A stretch of DNA of 9,655 bases from a virus. Lineage: Duplodnaviria > Heunggongvirae > Uroviricota > Caudoviricetes. Location: IMG/VR virus record IMGVR_UViG_2645727635_000010; one strand, given 5' to 3'. Below are positions 7,223-9,655 of this stretch, piece after piece; within the stretch, counting starts at the first letter, position 1, and each line of letters opens with the position of its first letter. The position numbers were made by a program, and so were the translations under genes. The notes under the pieces were generated by a model. It worked only from the letters and a program-made list of their open reading frames with translations, was not told the origin of the DNA and searched no databases.

Positions 7223-8428
7223 TTACGCCACTGCAATCTTCAGCAGTTTGATGGCCTGCGAATCGACCAGCATCCCGCCGGTGCGCTTGGTGGTATAAAA
7301 ACCGACAAACGGTTTATTGGTGTACGGGTCACGCAGAATGCGGGGGCCGATACGGTCAACGATGGTGTAACCCCGTTTGAAGTTACCAAATGCAATGGCT
7401 TTCGCATCAGCGGCGATATCCGGCATCTGTTCGTTTTCAGCGATACCGTAACCCGCCAGAGAGGACGGCTGCCCCAGCTCCAGCCCCGGACGCCACAGAT
7501 AGTTACCCTCGATGTCTTTAAGCAGACGGATGGCAAACAGGCTATTGTTGTTCATCATGAACTTCGCGCCAGTGCGGTGTGCCTTACGCAGCGTGTAAAT
7601 CAGTTTGATAATGGCGTCTGCGGTCACCGCAGTCGCGTCGCCGGATACAATATGCTGAAGTTTGCCGAACGCCCGGACCTTATCGGTTTCATCCGTGGAT
7701 TCATACGCCAGGAACCCTTTCGGCTTCTTGGTACCATCGCCGGTGGTAAAGGCAATTTCTTCCTGTTCGGCAAATTCGGTTGCCAGCTCGCTGTTGATCC
7801 ATGCTTCCACGTTGAAAAAGGCATCATCCAGCATTTTCTGGGTGGCCTGCGGGTTACCGTAGATTTCCCCCATGAAAGGTTCAATCAGGCCCAGTTTTGA
7901 GGTGGCAGTCTGGGAGCGCGCGTCAGTCTCACCAACCCATCCGGAAGCCGTGCCGCCCAGATTCACCAGTTTTTTGTAGTCGGAACCACCAACGGTGATC
8001 ACCGTGGCTTCCTGGCGCATCACCACTTCATCTTTCAGCAGGGTGAGAATGTTGCGATCCAGTGCTTCCGGCACGGCATAGCCGCCGTCTTCATCGGTGC
8101 CCACCTGCAATGCCTTGCGCTCCAGATCGCGCAGACCATCTTCACGGCCTTTACGCAGGAAGCCCACAAACGCTTCTTTATGCTCAGTGGCCAGTTTATT
8201 TTGCGCACCACCTGCCGGACGTTTCAGCTCAAGCAGCTCTTTTTCAAGATCGCTTTTGAGGTTTTCCAGCTCGCTGAGTTTCCCGTTCAGGGTTTCCACC
8301 TGCCCGGCAAGTTTGCCTTTTTCCTGCTCAATCGCATCCACGCGCTTGTCGTTCTTTGCTTTGAAGTCGTCAAACTTCTGCTGCAGCTCCTGCGCGACCT
8401 GTTCGACATCTTTAATATCAACCGCCAT
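7223..8428 (-). CDS. Major capsid protein, HK97 fold, with an N-terminal coiled-coil delta (scaffolding) domain, 401 aa
   Basis: The first ~100 aa are strongly charged and helical (MAVDIKDVEQVAQELQQKFDDFKAKNDKRVDAIEQEKGKLAGQVETLNGKLSELENLKSDLEKELLELK), followed by a body typical of HK97-family capsid proteins. AGGAGA Shine-Dalgarno upstream. The gene directly follows the prohead protease. Confidence 0.92.
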   Translation of the reverse strand: MAVDIKDVEQVAQELQQKFDDFKAKNDKRVDAIEQEKGKLAGQVETLNGKLSELENLKSDLEKELLELKRPAGGAQNKLATEHKEAFVGFLRKGREDGLRDLERKALQVGTDEDGGYAVPEALDRNILTLLKDEVVMRQEATVITVGGSDYKKLVNLGGTASGWVGETDARSQTATSKLGLIEPFMGEIYGNPQATQKMLDDAFFNVEAWINSELATEFAEQEEIAFTTGDGTKKPKGFLAYESTDETDKVRAFGKLQHIVSGDATAVTADAIIKLIYTLRKAHRTGAKFMMNNNSLFAIRLLKDIEGNYLWRPGLELGQPSSLAGYGIAENEQMPDIAADAKAIAFGNFKRGYTIVDRIGPRILRDPYTNKPFVGFYTTKRTGGMLVDSQAIKLLKIAVA

Positions 8429-8442
8429 CGTATTTCTCCTGA

Positions 8443-8592
8443 TTAGAAGTTCAGATTTTTCAGTGCATTCAGTGCAGAGCCCACATCCTCAGCGTCGCGC
8501 AGGGACAGTGCGCCATAGCCCCCGGCCATGAATGCTTTGGCCTGGGTACGGGAGAGTCCGACATCACGCAGGACTCTTTCGATTTTTTTCTG
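8443..8592 (-). other. In-frame continuation of the protease reading frame after the TAA at 8593..8595 (49 codons); likely the C-terminal segment of an ancestral full-length protease
   Basis: Hand translation in the same frame as the protease gives QKKIERVLRDVGLSRTQAKAFMAGGYGALSLRDAEDVGSALNALKNLNF, ending at TAA 8443..8445. Protease plus extension is about 215 codons, close to the usual length of HK97-family proteases. Confidence 0.5.
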
Positions 8593-9093
8593 TTAGGGGA
8601 TTTCCCCGCGGGCCAGTGCGTTCTTGACGTCGCTGATCCGCGCCTCGTCGTTAGACGGGAACGTCACCAGGCTGACTTCCCAGAGGTCGATTTCTTTCAG
8701 CAGAAAGGCTTCTTTGCTCCGGTCGTATTCCCAGTCTTTCAGGACGTACCCAATAGAAAGGCCGGTTAACGAACCGGCCTTCATGTGTGCATGTGCGCGT
8801 TTTGCGAGGGGATCATCATCAATAAGCAACCGTCCCCTGACGTAAAGCCCGACATCGTCTTCCTTCATTTCAGTGTAAACACCGATGGGTTCATCCATGC
8901 GGTGCTGCCAGAGCAGCGCAGGTAACGCTTTTCTGTCACTCCACGCCCGCAGGGAAGCAGCAAATGCCCCGGACATCACCACATCATCGTGGCTGTCCTT
9001 TACACCAAAGACGGAGCCATACCCTTCAAACTCACCGGAGTCACTGACAGATTTCAGACTCAGCGGTACATCAAGACGTTGTTTCGTCTGCAT
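8593..9093 (-). CDS. Prohead maturation protease (HK97 family), ending at an in-frame TAA; the likely start is the ATG at 9091..9093 rather than the listed 9129
   Basis: The motif EGYGSVFGVKDSHDDVVMSGAFAASL is typical of HK97-family prohead proteases. The ATG at 9091..9093 has an AAGGA Shine-Dalgarno 8 nt upstream; the ATG at 9127..9129 has none and would overlap the portal gene by 59 nt. Confidence 0.8.
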   Translation of the reverse strand: MQTKQRLDVPLSLKSVSDSGEFEGYGSVFGVKDSHDDVVMSGAFAASLRAWSDRKALPALLWQHRMDEPIGVYTEMKEDDVGLYVRGRLLIDDDPLAKRAHAHMKAGSLTGLSIGYVLKDWEYDRSKEAFLLKEIDLWEVSLVTFPSNDEARISDVKNALARGEIP

Positions 9094-9655
9094 TGGCGTT
9101 ATCCTTCTGCTTACCGGCTTTACTGCCATCGGAGGGTTCCGTGGTCATGTTCATCGGTGTGAGATAGACATCACCACCGGGACGCGGATTCATATCTTCC
9201 AGGTCGCGGCAGTCATTGGGAGAGTAAATTCCCCAGTTAATCCCGGTGGCGTAGGCTTCAAAACGGGACTTCATATCCCCGCGCAGTAACGCCCCGGCGT
9301 TAAATTTGGCGTAATAAACGCCCTGCTTACTTTTTCGTACCAGTCCGGTGTTGATCCGCTGCTCAATGCGGGTCAGATACGGCACCAGTGAATAGTTGAT
9401 AAATCCCAGCCCCAGCTCTTCGATATTGTTGAAGGTGGCGCGATCGGTGTTCTGCACCATGTGCAACGGCACCCGGAACAGACGACAGATTTCTTCAAGC
9501 TGAAACTTGCGGGTTTCCAGGAACTGGCTGTCCTCGGCGTTCAGCGCCATCGACTTCCAGTCCAGCCCCATCTCAAGGATCATCGGGCGGTGAGCATTGC
9601 CAAGCCCGGTGTGACGCTCCTCAAAATCTTTCTTCAGGCGCTCATAAGCCTGATC
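9071..9655 (-). CDS. Portal protein (HK97 family), C-terminal part; the 5' end lies beyond the window
   Basis: The frame stays open from the listed ATG at 9583 to the window edge (hand translation of 9584..9655 continues upstream as DQAYERLKKDFEERHTGLGNAHRP). Stop at 9071..9073. Its position directly upstream of the protease and capsid genes matches HK97-type head modules. Confidence 0.85.
   Translation of the reverse strand, partial: DQAYERLKKDFEERHTGLGNAHRPMILEMGLDWKSMALNAEDSQFLETRKFQLEEICRLFRVPLHMVQNTDRATFNNIEELGLGFINYSLVPYLTRIEQRINTGLVRKSKQGVYYAKFNAGALLRGDMKSRFEAYATGINWGIYSPNDCRDLEDMNPRPGGDVYLTPMNMTTEPSDGSKAGKQKDNANADETTS

Noticed and set aside
8097-8531. 144-aa plus-strand ORF (Ser/Leu/Cys-rich) antisense to the 5' end of the major capsid gene
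   Set aside because: Its low-complexity, Ser-rich translation is what the antisense of a Glu/Leu/Lys-rich coiled-coil coding region produces. No independent evidence of coding.
9127-9129. Upstream ATG given in the ORF track as the protease start
   Set aside because: No Shine-Dalgarno upstream (the preceding sequence is C-rich), and it would overlap the portal gene by 59 nt. The ATG at 9091..9093 with an AAGGA ribosome-binding site is more plausible. Not excluded.

Overview
The window is almost entirely a minus-strand phage morphogenesis module, read from the high-coordinate end to the low end: portal (partial, runs off the window) > HK97-family prohead protease > HK97-fold major capsid protein > small ORF > head-tail connector > head-tail adaptor > gp10-like neck protein > tail completion protein > small unlisted ORF > contractile tail sheath > tail tube > tail assembly chaperone with a -1 frameshift extension > tape measure protein. 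Downstream of the tape measure sits an AT-rich single-gene insert encoding a signal-anchored protein of unknown function, with its own promoter-like sequence and intrinsic terminator; this is the best candidate for something undescribed. It is followed by the 5' fragment of a Mu gpN-like DNA circulation gene that is cut at position 96/97 by the terminus of an IS2 element. The prohead protease frame contains an in-frame TAA. Together with the IS2 insertion this suggests a decaying, probably defective prophage with an HK97-like head and a Mu/SfV-like contractile tail. All family assignments come from reading the translated sequences and from memory of these families; no database search was run. 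Plus-strand ORFs in the track look like antisense artefacts.
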